Below the pieces are notes generated by a model, which worked only from the letters and a program-made list of their open reading frames with translations, did no database searches and was not told where the DNA came from. From positions 300,001 to 332,000 of the forward strand of contig NZ_CP032551.1 of NCBI RefSeq assembly GCF_009734345.1: a stretch of 32,000 bases of DNA. Reading direction: 5' to 3'. Below are positions 1 through 8,720 of this stretch, one piece after another (within the stretch, counting starts at the first letter, position 1; each line of letters opens with the position of its first letter). The translations under genes and the position numbers were made by a program. The stretch is from Pseudidiomarina andamanensis (GTDB lineage Bacteria; Pseudomonadota; Gammaproteobacteria; Enterobacterales; Alteromonadaceae).

Positions 1-451
1 GCAATTGATATTGTTTCTCGACCATACTCGGTAGTTCCTGACCGATGACAATGGCGCTAATCTGATTCATCGGTAAATCCAATCGGAAATATTGCCACAG
101 TAATTCCTGAGCGGTTGTGGCACGATACTCCTTGCCATCTTCATCGATTAACACAGCTTGACCATTTGATTGTTCAAGCTTGGCGAGCGTGCCGCGCAAT
201 GGGTGTGAGAAGCGCATGGTTAACTGAACAGCACTTGAGTACCAATCTACATAAAGCCCGTGGCGATCATCCGCACGTAAGTCGAATAAGGCCATTTGAC
301 CGCGCAAGCGCCAGTTATCCAGTTGCTTAAGTTGTTGCTGCTGCGCGAGCACCGCCTCGGCATCAACATCACGCATACTTGGTGGCTCAGGAACACTGCT
401 GCAAGCAGTCAACCAAGCACTTGTGAGTACTACTAAAAGGAGACGTTTCAT
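1..451 (-). CDS. lolB: Outer-membrane lipoprotein LolB, N-terminal ~150 aa (gene runs off the window edge)
   Basis: Absent from the ORF track because it is open at the window edge. The reverse-strand ATG at 451 gives MKRLLLVVLTSAWLTAC-SS (lipobox LTAC). It continues NWRLRGQMALF..YVDWYS..HPLRGTLAKLE..LIDEDGKEYRATTAQELLWQYFRLDLPMNQISAIVIG with no stops to position 1. It is colinear with E. coli LolB and divergent from hemA, as in enterobacteria. Confidence 0.85.
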   Translation of the reverse strand, partial: MKRLLLVVLTSAWLTACSSVPEPPSMRDVDAEAVLAQQQQLKQLDNWRLRGQMALFDLRADDRHGLYVDWYSSAVQLTMRFSHPLRGTLAKLEQSNGQAVLIDEDGKEYRATTAQELLWQYFRLDLPMNQISAIVIGQELPSMVEKQYQL

Positions 452-477
452 TGGTTTTGCTATCCCTGTTCGTGCGC

Positions 478-506
478 TTTTCATCATGCGGGCTTTCACG
501 TACAAT
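478..506 (+). promoter_or_regulatory. Candidate sigma70 promoter for hemA
   Basis: TTTTCA (478-483), 17 bp spacer, TACAAT (501-506), about 45 nt upstream of the hemA ATG. Hexamer match only. Confidence 0.3.
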
Positions 507-551
507 TGCCAGCGTTTCGCAGTAGTTAGAGGCTCGCAATTTTTTGCTATT

Positions 552-1802
552 ATGACCATTTTCGCGCTAGGTGTTAACCACAAAACCGCTTCCGTGTCGT
601 TACGGGAGCAAGTCGCCTTCTCGCCAGAGCAGCTGCATCAAGCGTTGCCAGCTTTGCGTGAACAAACTGGCGTGGCTGAAGCCGTTATCTTATCTACCTG
701 TAACCGCACCGAGTTATATTGTCATGGTGTGGCATCCACCGATATGTTGATTGGTTGGCTTGCAGGCTATCACCGTATTCCGTTGGAACAGTTGCGCGAG
801 CATTGTTATGCCTACGAAGATGGCGCAGCTATCGAGCACCTAATGGCTGTGGCTAGTGGCCTCGATTCTTTGGTTCTCGGTGAGCCACAAATTCTTGGAC
901 AAGTGAAGCAAGCCTATCAATTCGCACGTAACCAAGCGAGCGTGGGAACGGTACTTGAGCGACTATTCCAGAGCACCTTTCGGGTAGCAAAAACCGTGCG
1001 CAGCGAAACCAAAGTCGGCGAAAATGCGGTATCGGTGGCGTTTGCGGCAGTCAACTTGGCGCGCCAAATCTTTGCGGAGCTGCCAGAGTCGCGGGTATTG
1101 TTGGTTGGAGCAGGCGATACAGCTGAACTCGTTGCGCAGCATCTCACTGAGCATGGTGTTAAACAATTAATGGTAGCCAATCGTACGTTGGCACGTGCGA
1201 GTGCAGTGGCTGAGCGCTTCCAAGGTCAAGCGCATACGCTGGGTGAGTTACCTGAGTTATTACCGCAAGCTGATATTGTGATTAGTTCAACGGCCAGTCC
1301 GTTACCCATTATCGGTAAGGGTTTGGTCGAGAAAGCGTTGAAGGCGCGTAAACGGCAACCAATTCTACTGATTGATTTGGCCGTGCCGCGTGATATTGAA
1401 GAACAAGTGAATGAATTAGATGATGCCTTCTTGTACACGGTTGATGACTTACAAGGCATCATTACAGAAAACCTTCGCAACCGCGAGGAAGCAGCCGCTG
1501 ATGCAAAAGTCATTATTGCTGAGCATTCCGAAGCTTTTACGGCTTGGATACGCCAGCTTGATCATGTTGACGTGATTCGTGATTTTCGCCAGCGCACTGA
1601 ACAGATGGCTGAAGAACAATTACAACGCGCTCGCAATCAGTTAGCTGCGGGCAAAAGTGCCGATGACGTGCTGGGTGAGTTCGCCCAACGTTTAACCAAA
1701 CAATTTCTCCATCAGCCGACGCGAATGATGCGTGAAGCTGGCGCCGCGGGTGATTTCGAAACCTTAGCGGTATTTCAAAAATTAATAGCAGATGACGAGT
1801 AA
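552..1802 (+). CDS. hemA: Glutamyl-tRNA reductase
   Basis: MTIFALGVNHKTASVSLREQVAF.. matches the E. coli HemA N-terminus ([23 protein letters not shown]). The active-site region LSTCNRTELY is present. I chose the start at M44 of the tracked ORF because the 423 start would overlap lolB. Confidence 0.95.
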   Translation: MTIFALGVNHKTASVSLREQVAFSPEQLHQALPALREQTGVAEAVILSTCNRTELYCHGVASTDMLIGWLAGYHRIPLEQLREHCYAYEDGAAIEHLMAVASGLDSLVLGEPQILGQVKQAYQFARNQASVGTVLERLFQSTFRVAKTVRSETKVGENAVSVAFAAVNLARQIFAELPESRVLLVGAGDTAELVAQHLTEHGVKQLMVANRTLARASAVAERFQGQAHTLGELPELLPQADIVISSTASPLPIIGKGLVEKALKARKRQPILLIDLAVPRDIEEQVNELDDAFLYTVDDLQGIITENLRNREEAAADAKVIIAEHSEAFTAWIRQLDHVDVIRDFRQRTEQMAEEQLQRARNQLAAGKSADDVLGEFAQRLTKQFLHQPTRMMREAGAAGDFETLAVFQKLIADDE

Positions 1803-1814
1803 GGTCCTCACCGC

Positions 1815-2906
1815 ATGATGAATCCTTCGATTATTCGAAAATTAGAAGCGCTACTTGAGCGTTATGAAGAAGTACAACACTTGTTAAGTGACCCAGGCAT
1901 TATTGCGGACCAAGATAAGTTTCGGGGCTTGTCGCGTGAGTATTCTCAGCTGGAAGAGTTGGTGAAATGTTTTACCAGTTACCAGCAAGCGCAAGCTGAT
2001 GAGGCGGCAGCGCAAGAAATGATGCAAGAAGACGACGCTGAAATGCGCGAAATGGCGAAAGTGGAATTAGATGAAGCGAAGGCGAAGCAAGAAGAGCTCG
2101 AGCATGAACTACAAATTCTCTTATTACCGAAAGATCCGAATGATGACCGTCCATGTTATCTCGAAATTCGTGCGGGTGCTGGTGGCGATGAAGCTGCTAT
2201 TTTTGCAGGCGATTTATTCCGTATGTACAGCCGCTACGCCGAACAGCATGGTTGGCGTGTCAGCATGGTGAGCTGTAACGAAGGTGAACATGGCGGGTTT
2301 AAAGAAGTAATTGCGCATGTATCTGGTGATGGTGCGTATGGGCGCTTTAAATTCGAGTCAGGTGGTCACCGTGTGCAGCGTGTTCCTGAGACGGAATCAC
2401 AAGGTCGTGTACACACCTCGGCTTGCACCGTTGCAGTGTTGCCAGAAGTACCTGATGCCGAAGCTATAGAAATTAATCCAGCTGATTTGCGCGTCGACAC
2501 TTTCCGAGCTTCGGGTGCGGGTGGTCAGCACGTTAACCGAACGGACTCGGCGATTCGTATCACGCACATTCCAACAGGTTTTGTGGTGGAATGTCAGGAC
2601 GAGCGTTCGCAGCACAAAAACCGAGCCAAAGCGATGTCGGTATTGCAAGCGCGCTTGCAACAGGCTGAAGATGAAAAACGTCGTCTCGAAGAGCAATCAA
2701 CGCGTCGTAGTTTAGTTGGCAGTGGTGATCGTTCAGAGCGTATTCGCACCTACAATTATCCGCAAGGGCGAATCAGCGATCATCGTATCAACTTGACCTT
2801 GTATCGTTTAGATGAAGTTCTTGAAGGAGCGCTTGACCTTATTCTCGACGCTATTGTACAAGAGCATCATGCCGATCAGCTCGCTGCACTTGCTGAAGGT
2901 CAATGA
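1815..2906 (+). CDS. prfA: Peptide chain release factor 1
   Basis: Full-length colinearity with E. coli RF1, including the PxT-type decoding region ([17 protein letters not shown]) and the GGQ motif (SGAGGQHVN). Confidence 0.97.
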   Translation: MMNPSIIRKLEALLERYEEVQHLLSDPGIIADQDKFRGLSREYSQLEELVKCFTSYQQAQADEAAAQEMMQEDDAEMREMAKVELDEAKAKQEELEHELQILLLPKDPNDDRPCYLEIRAGAGGDEAAIFAGDLFRMYSRYAEQHGWRVSMVSCNEGEHGGFKEVIAHVSGDGAYGRFKFESGGHRVQRVPETESQGRVHTSACTVAVLPEVPDAEAIEINPADLRVDTFRASGAGGQHVNRTDSAIRITHIPTGFVVECQDERSQHKNRAKAMSVLQARLQQAEDEKRRLEEQSTRRSLVGSGDRSERIRTYNYPQGRISDHRINLTLYRLDEVLEGALDLILDAIVQEHHADQLAALAEGQ

Positions 2907-3763
2907 TAACGACACCAATGACGCTTGCTGAAGCGTTGCGATGGGCAACGCAACAACTCACCAACAGCGAGAGCGCCAAGCTTGACGCCGAGGTGTTGTT
3001 AGCACATATCGTTGAGCGCGATCGTACCTACTTATTTACGTGGTCTGACCGATTGTTGGAACCGTCCGAGCAAGAGAGATTCGCGGCGCTTATTCAGCAA
3101 CGTCAGCAAGGTATTCCGATCGCTCATTTAGTTGGGCAGCGTGAATTCTGGTCGTTACCATTAGCTGTCAACGATAGCACCTTAATTCCGCGCCCCGATA
3201 CCGAAGTATTGGTCGAGCATGCCCTGAGCTTACCGTTACCTGTAGAGTCTGCAGTGCTTGATTTAGGCACTGGTACCGGTGCCATTGCGTTGGCATTAAA
3301 AAGTAGTCGTCCCAAGTGGCGAGTTATGGCAGTCGATAAAATGGCAGAAGCTGTTGCCTTAGCTAAACAAAATGCCGCTACTTTAAACCTTGCTGTTGAC
3401 GTGAAGCAAAGTGATTGGTTTGCAGCAATTGAGGCGCAACAGAAATTTGATCTGATTGTTTCTAATCCTCCTTATATTGATGCGAATGATCCGCACCTTG
3501 AGTTAGGTGACGTAAGGTTTGAGCCGAAAAGTGCGTTGGTGGCGGCAAATCAAGGCTTGTCAGATATTGAAACAATTATCACTAAAGCAACAGGCTACTT
3601 AAAGCCGCGAGGTTGGCTGTTGATTGAACACGGTTGGACGCAGGGCGCTGCGGTTCGAGAACTCATGCAAAGCGCACAGTTTAATGCGGTTACGAGTATT
3701 CGAGATTATGCTAATCTTGAGCGCGTAACAGTCGGACAATGGAGTAATGCCAATGGCCAATGA
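2903..3763 (+). CDS. prmC: Release-factor glutamine N5-methyltransferase (HemK/PrmC)
   Basis: ATGA overlap with the prfA stop. The SAM motif [12 protein letters not shown] and the NPPY motif (VSNPPYI) are present. Colinear with E. coli PrmC. Confidence 0.95.
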   Translation: MITTPMTLAEALRWATQQLTNSESAKLDAEVLLAHIVERDRTYLFTWSDRLLEPSEQERFAALIQQRQQGIPIAHLVGQREFWSLPLAVNDSTLIPRPDTEVLVEHALSLPLPVESAVLDLGTGTGAIALALKSSRPKWRVMAVDKMAEAVALAKQNAATLNLAVDVKQSDWFAAIEAQQKFDLIVSNPPYIDANDPHLELGDVRFEPKSALVAANQGLSDIETIITKATGYLKPRGWLLIEHGWTQGAAVRELMQSAQFNAVTSIRDYANLERVTVGQWSNANGQ

Positions 3764-4358
3764 TTTCATCTTCGCTGAAGAAAATGACCAAGAAGAAGTA
3801 CCGGACCATACGACGGAAGCCGGTTGGAAGGTCTTAATTGTTGACGATGAACGCGAAGTGCACGCGGTTACGCGCCTTGCTCTCATGGATTTGGTGTTTG
3901 AGGGGAAAGGGCTCAACTTTTTAAGTGCCTACTCGCGCCGTGAAGCAGAGCAGTTGATTTCTGAGCATGACGACATTGCCATTGTGTTGCTTGACGTGGT
4001 GATGGACACCGATGATGCCGGTCTGCAAGTAGCGAAGTATATTCGCGAAACGGTTGATAATCGCACCAGTCGGATTGTGTTGCGCACAGGGCAACCAGGC
4101 CAAGCACCAGAGCGCTCCGTTGTTATTAATTACGATATCAATGATTACAAGGCGAAAACTGAGTTAACCGCTCAGAAATTATTTACCTGTGTGATGTCAG
4201 CGCTGCGCTCGTATCGCGACATTATTCGGGTGAAAGAACAACTCGAACGAGTTGAACATGAATTAAGTTTTTACCAAAACTGGTTGTTAGAACATCAACC
4301 GCAAGTGCGTCAGCAAGTTGCTGATGCCTATCAACGTTTAACCGAAAATAACGATTAG
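3747..4358 (+). CDS. Stand-alone response-regulator receiver protein (DUF3369-like REC plus a short coiled-coil tail, no recognisable output domain)
   Basis: Canonical receiver residues are present: VDDE acidic pair, LLDVVMD phospho-acceptor Asp, RTGQ Thr, and DYKAK Lys. The RTGQPGQAPE..YDINDYKAKTELTAQKL signature resembles the REC variant usually fused to HD-GYP domains. Here the protein ends after about 60 further residues. Confidence 0.7.
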   Translation: MPMANDFIFAEENDQEEVPDHTTEAGWKVLIVDDEREVHAVTRLALMDLVFEGKGLNFLSAYSRREAEQLISEHDDIAIVLLDVVMDTDDAGLQVAKYIRETVDNRTSRIVLRTGQPGQAPERSVVINYDINDYKAKTELTAQKLFTCVMSALRSYRDIIRVKEQLERVEHELSFYQNWLLEHQPQVRQQVADAYQRLTENND

Positions 4359-4372
4359 AAAGGACGTTCTTG

Positions 4373-4744
4373 ATGTCATTTATAGCTCTAAAACATCTCC
4401 ATGTCACCTTTGTGGCCATAAGTGTGGTATTATTCATGCTTCGTTTTTTCTGGCGCAGTATTGGCGCCGGCATGGCGAACCAGAAGTGGGTAAAAGTAGT
4501 TCCACACATCATCGACACAGCATTGTTGCTGACCATTGTCGGTATGCTGATTCACTGGCAAATGTGGCCGTGGGAAACACCATGGTTGATTAATAAAGTG
4601 ATTGGCTTAGTGGGCTATATTTTGTTTGGTTTGGTAGCGATGAAGGCTTCTGTTAGCTGGCTGCGTTATGTTGGTTTTGTGGGGGCGCTGAGCTGGATTA
4701 TGTTTCTGCTGCACATCGCCTTCAGCAAACAAGCACTGATTTAA
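4373..4744 (+). CDS. sirB2: SirB2/YchQ-family small inner-membrane protein
   Basis: About 123 aa with four hydrophobic helices. It occupies the position after prmC and before sirB1/ychA, as in the E. coli prmC-ychQ-ychA-kdsA block. The ATG at 4373 is preceded by AAAGGA; the tracked start at 4370 is a TTG. Confidence 0.75.
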   Translation: MSFIALKHLHVTFVAISVVLFMLRFFWRSIGAGMANQKWVKVVPHIIDTALLLTIVGMLIHWQMWPWETPWLINKVIGLVGYILFGLVAMKASVSWLRYVGFVGALSWIMFLLHIAFSKQALI

Positions 4745-4746
4745 AA

Positions 4747-4847
4747 AATCGTTATTCGTTATTGGTTATTCGTTACTCGAAGGTGTTTTGACGAATAACG
4801 ACAAGGGAGCGTGAGCGACCGATCGAATAACGAATAACGAATTAAGG
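4747..4847. repeat. Intergenic heptamer-array inverted repeat (family copy 1)
   Basis: The left arm tcgttattcgttattggttattcgttactcg (4749-4779) is the complement of the right arm cgaataacgaataacgaatta (4824-4844). There is an internal cgaataacg at 4792-4800. The same CGAATAA/TTATTCG arrays recur at 20782-20936 and 23063-23237. Confidence 0.8.
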
Positions 4848-4851
4848 GTTT

Positions 4852-5655
4852 ATGCGTTTTTCATACTTAGAACATGTTGCTCATGAAATTCTCCCAACTA
4901 TTGAAATAGTGTGGGAGATTAGTCGTACCTTTCATTCTGATAGTGATCAGTACGTTAGTGATTATTATCAGCAGATTCGCGAAATGACACACAAACATGA
5001 AGCACTGACGGGTATTGAAAAACTGCAGGCAGTGATTCACGACTTTTATTTCGATTTAGGCTTTAGTGATGCGCCAGAGCCAATAGTTGGTGCGCAGCGA
5101 ATTTTGCTCGACCGGGTGATTAGCTATCGTACCGGCTTGCCGGTTAGTTTGGCGCTGTTACTGCAAGAGACGGCAGCGTATGCGGGCATTCAGACCGAAC
5201 TCGTGGATTTCCCTGGCTACCCGTTACTGCGTTTTGATTTTGAACAGCAAAGTTATTTTGTTGACCCACTGCATGGCGAGTTGCTTGAAGGTCATCAAGT
5301 GCAGGAACGCTTCGAGGATGTCACCGATGATGCACTTGAGTTTTCATGGGATATGTTCGAAGCAGCCGACCAGAAGACCATTCTGATGCGCTATTTGACT
5401 GAGCTCAAACATGCGATGATTCATGACCGCGAATTTGCCAATGCACTCACTGTTGTTCATATGTTGCTGGCGATTTCTCCGGATGATCCATACGAAATTC
5501 GTGATCGTGGTTATGTGTTAGAAGAGCTCGACTGCCAACAAGCAGCAGTTGACGATTACCAGTATTTTGTCGAACAATGCCCAGATGACCCAAGTGCACA
5601 GCTGCTGCGCTTGCAACTAGAAACGTGGGCGGCCCCCCAGCACGTCCTTCATTAA
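4852..5655 (+). CDS. sirB1: SirB1/YchA-family protein (transglutaminase-like N-terminal region plus TPR-like C-terminus)
   Basis: 267 aa, similar in size to the roughly 269 aa I recall for E. coli YchA, and in the same syntenic position between ychQ and kdsA. The assignment rests on synteny and overall similarity. Confidence 0.7.
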   Translation: MRFSYLEHVAHEILPTIEIVWEISRTFHSDSDQYVSDYYQQIREMTHKHEALTGIEKLQAVIHDFYFDLGFSDAPEPIVGAQRILLDRVISYRTGLPVSLALLLQETAAYAGIQTELVDFPGYPLLRFDFEQQSYFVDPLHGELLEGHQVQERFEDVTDDALEFSWDMFEAADQKTILMRYLTELKHAMIHDREFANALTVVHMLLAISPDDPYEIRDRGYVLEELDCQQAAVDDYQYFVEQCPDDPSAQLLRLQLETWAAPQHVLH

Positions 5656-5679
5656 AAAATAGAATAATAAGGGGTTCCT

Positions 5680-6930
5680 GTGGAAAGCTCTGCATTGATT
5701 ACCAATGACGGTATTATTTTTGGCTTGCTGGCCGTAATTCTCGGTCTTATTTTTTATACGCAAACCAGTTCAAATAGTTTTTGGCAAAAGTTTTATAAGT
5801 GGGTTCCAGCCTTATTACTTTGCTATTTTATTCCTTCGTTGCTCAACACTTTTGGCATTGTCGATGGCGCCAACACCGGAATCTATCCGCTGGTGATGGA
5901 TTATCTACTGCCAGCCTGTTTGGTGTTGCTAACATTAAGTTTGGATTTGAAAGCCATTCTGCGACTCGGTCCAAAGCTACTTATTCTCTTTTTAACCGGT
6001 ACTGTCGGTATTGTTATCGGCGGGCCGATTGCGCTGCTGATTGTTAGCGCTATTTTCCCTGAAATGCTCGGCGGTGCAGGCCCAGATGCCGTATGGCGCG
6101 GCATGACCACCATCGCGGGTAGCTGGATTGGCGGTGGTGCTAACCAAGCCGCAATGAAAGAAGTATATGAAGTTGGCGGTGAGATTTTCTCAGCAATGGT
6201 CACCGTTGACATTATTGTGGCGAACTTATGGATGGCTGTGTTGCTGTATATGGCGGCGAATAACAACGCCATCGATAAGCGAATTGGCGCGGACACTAGC
6301 GCGATTGAATCGATTAAAAGCCGGATGGAACAGTACGAAGCTGAACATCGTCGCGAATCAAAATTACCGGATTTGATGTTTATTGTGGCGGTTGCGTTTG
6401 GCGTGACTGGTTTGTCGCATTGGGGTGCCGACGTCATTGCACCGTATATTGCCGATCATGTTCCAGCGTTAAAAGACTTTAGTTTAGACAAGAAATTCTT
6501 CTGGTTGATCGTGATTGCAACCACGGTAGGCGTCGCGTTGTCGTTTACACCAGCACGCAAGCTTGAAGGCGTTGGCGCATCGAAATATGGCTCTATGTTT
6601 GTCTATATTTTGGTTGCAACCATTGGTTTGCATATGGACGTGACAGCCATTGTGGATGTGCCAAAATACTTCTTGATTGGTGCTATTTGGATGATTATTC
6701 ACGCCAGCTTAATGTTGGTGGTCGCTCGTCTACTCAAAGCACCAGTATTCTATATGGCAGTAGGTAGCCAAGCGAATGTTGGTGGCGCAGCTTCGGCACC
6801 CGTTGTGGCTTCTGCGTTTCATCCATCATTGGCGCCGGTAGGCGTATTGTTGGCAGTGTTTGGTTATGCATTAGGCACCTACATGGCCTATATTTGTGGA
6901 CAGATTTTGCGCGTCATTGCCAACGGCTAA
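5680..6930 (+). CDS. DUF819-family polytopic membrane protein
   Basis: GTG start after AAGGGG. 416 aa with about 10-12 TM helices. The motifs IAGSWIGGGANQAAM and VGSQANVGGAASAP are as I recall for DUF819 proteins. Function unknown. Confidence 0.7.
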   Translation: MESSALITNDGIIFGLLAVILGLIFYTQTSSNSFWQKFYKWVPALLLCYFIPSLLNTFGIVDGANTGIYPLVMDYLLPACLVLLTLSLDLKAILRLGPKLLILFLTGTVGIVIGGPIALLIVSAIFPEMLGGAGPDAVWRGMTTIAGSWIGGGANQAAMKEVYEVGGEIFSAMVTVDIIVANLWMAVLLYMAANNNAIDKRIGADTSAIESIKSRMEQYEAEHRRESKLPDLMFIVAVAFGVTGLSHWGADVIAPYIADHVPALKDFSLDKKFFWLIVIATTVGVALSFTPARKLEGVGASKYGSMFVYILVATIGLHMDVTAIVDVPKYFLIGAIWMIIHASLMLVVARLLKAPVFYMAVGSQANVGGAASAPVVASAFHPSLAPVGVLLAVFGYALGTYMAYICGQILRVIANG

Positions 6931-6952
6931 TGCGTGCAGTACTTCGAGTTAG

Positions 6953-7816
<864 letters not shown>

Positions 7817-7836
7817 TTCGTTTGCTTTAAAACTAC

Positions 7837-7862
7837 AAAGGCGCTCAACGAGCGCCTTTTTT
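7837..7862 (+). terminator. Rho-independent terminator after kdsA
   Basis: aaaggcgct / agcgccttt stem with a 5 nt loop, followed by a T-run (7857-7862). Confidence 0.8.
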
Positions 7863-7956
7863 AATGCGAAAACATAATATAAACACCCTGCATGGCTTTT
7901 GTCGTTGTTATTCCCATCCTTTGGCTTGCGCTCATACACAAACTGATTTAAATTAA

Positions 7957-7979
7957 AACGCATGTTTAAAATGTGCGTT
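7957..7979. promoter_or_regulatory. Candidate TetR-family operator (23 bp near-palindrome)
   Basis: AACGCAtgTTTaAAAtgTGCGTT. Nine of 11 positions are self-complementary about the central A. It lies 36 bp upstream of the TetR-family gene start. A weaker related dyad (aaacgtgc..gacgcgttt) follows at 7982-8013. Confidence 0.4.
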
Positions 7980-8014
7980 CTAAACGTGCAGAATATAAAG
8001 CGAGACGCGTTTTT

Positions 8015-8647
8015 ATGGCAAAACGAGTATCTACGAAAGATAAAATACTGAATGCTGCGGAGGCGCTGTTTGCCGAACATGGATTCGAGCAAACTTCATT
8101 GCGTCAAATTACCGCAGATGCAGAGGTAAACCTCGCTTCGGTTAACTACCACTTTGGCTCAAAGAAAGCATTGATTCAAGCGGTCATGGCGCGTTATCTC
8201 GAAGTTCTAATGCCCGCACTTGATCGTGAACTGGTGCAACTTGTTGAGCAACCGCAGGTGACCACGCGTGCGGTTTTTGATTGTTTTCGAGGGCCGTTAA
8301 ATGAATTGCGCGAAGTTCGTAAGCACGGGCCGACGATATTTTTAAGTCTGCTTGGCTACGCCTACGCTGATATTCAAGGCCATCTGCGTCGCTATACTAT
8401 GGATCATTTCGGCGATGTGATGCAGCGCTTGTTGGCAACGTTGCACCTAGCGAACCCGCAATTGAGTCCCGTTGATATGTTCTGGCGCTTGCACTTCGTG
8501 TTAGGTGCCACTGTGTTTGCTCAAGTATCAGGCCCTGCACTTCGCGAAATAGCTGCGGCAGATTTTGGTGAAGCTATTGCCGCTGACCAAGTGATTGACC
8601 GTTTGATTCCGTTTTTAGCTGGTGGGGTCGATGCACCCACCGAATAA
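8015..8647 (+). CDS. TetR/AcrR-family transcriptional regulator
   Basis: N-terminal HTH region KDKILNAAEALFAEHGFEQTSLRQITADAEVNLASVNYHFGSKKAL is typical of TetR. I chose the start at M15 of the tracked ORF (MAKRVSTKD). It lies directly upstream of fadE. Confidence 0.88.
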   Translation: MAKRVSTKDKILNAAEALFAEHGFEQTSLRQITADAEVNLASVNYHFGSKKALIQAVMARYLEVLMPALDRELVQLVEQPQVTTRAVFDCFRGPLNELREVRKHGPTIFLSLLGYAYADIQGHLRRYTMDHFGDVMQRLLATLHLANPQLSPVDMFWRLHFVLGATVFAQVSGPALREIAAADFGEAIAADQVIDRLIPFLAGGVDAPTE

Positions 8648-8666
8648 TGGACTATGCTTTTTAAGT

Positions 8667-8680
8667 AATGCTTAAGCATT
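8667..8680. promoter_or_regulatory. Perfect 14 bp palindrome between the TetR gene and fadE
   Basis: AATGCTTAAGCATT is exactly self-complementary and is followed by cttttct. It could be a protein-binding dyad or a weak hairpin terminator or attenuator. Confidence 0.3.
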
Positions 8681-8720
8681 CTTTTCTGCCCGTTGTACCG
8701 ATAGGTTAAGGTGTTTTGAA

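Noticed and set aside
115-330. A 71 aa plus-strand ORF at the left edge.
   Set aside because: It lies antisense to a well-supported LolB reading frame. It has no recognisable motifs and is rich in Trp, Cys and His, as expected of an out-of-frame artefact.
423-551. The tracked hemA ORF starts at a GTG at 423, adding 43 N-terminal residues.
   Set aside because: The extension overlaps the divergent lolB start (451) and its signal-peptide codons, and it has no similarity to HemA. Homology begins exactly at M44 (MTIFALGVNHKTA), so the start is set to 552.
1815-2906. A check for a programmed +1 frameshift in the release-factor gene.
   Set aside because: The autoregulatory frameshift is a feature of prfB (RF2). 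This gene is prfA (RF1) and reads as one uninterrupted frame.
5901-6437. Long antisense ORFs inside well-supported genes. Examples are the 178 aa ORF at 5901-6437 (-), 12854-13297 (-), 21013-21375 (-), 21388-21744 (-), 18748-19173 (+) and 26013-26399 (-).
   Set aside because: Each lies opposite a gene with strong homology-based support. They show the skewed composition (Ser, Arg, Ala, Cys) typical of antisense frames, and none has recognisable motifs or an RBS.
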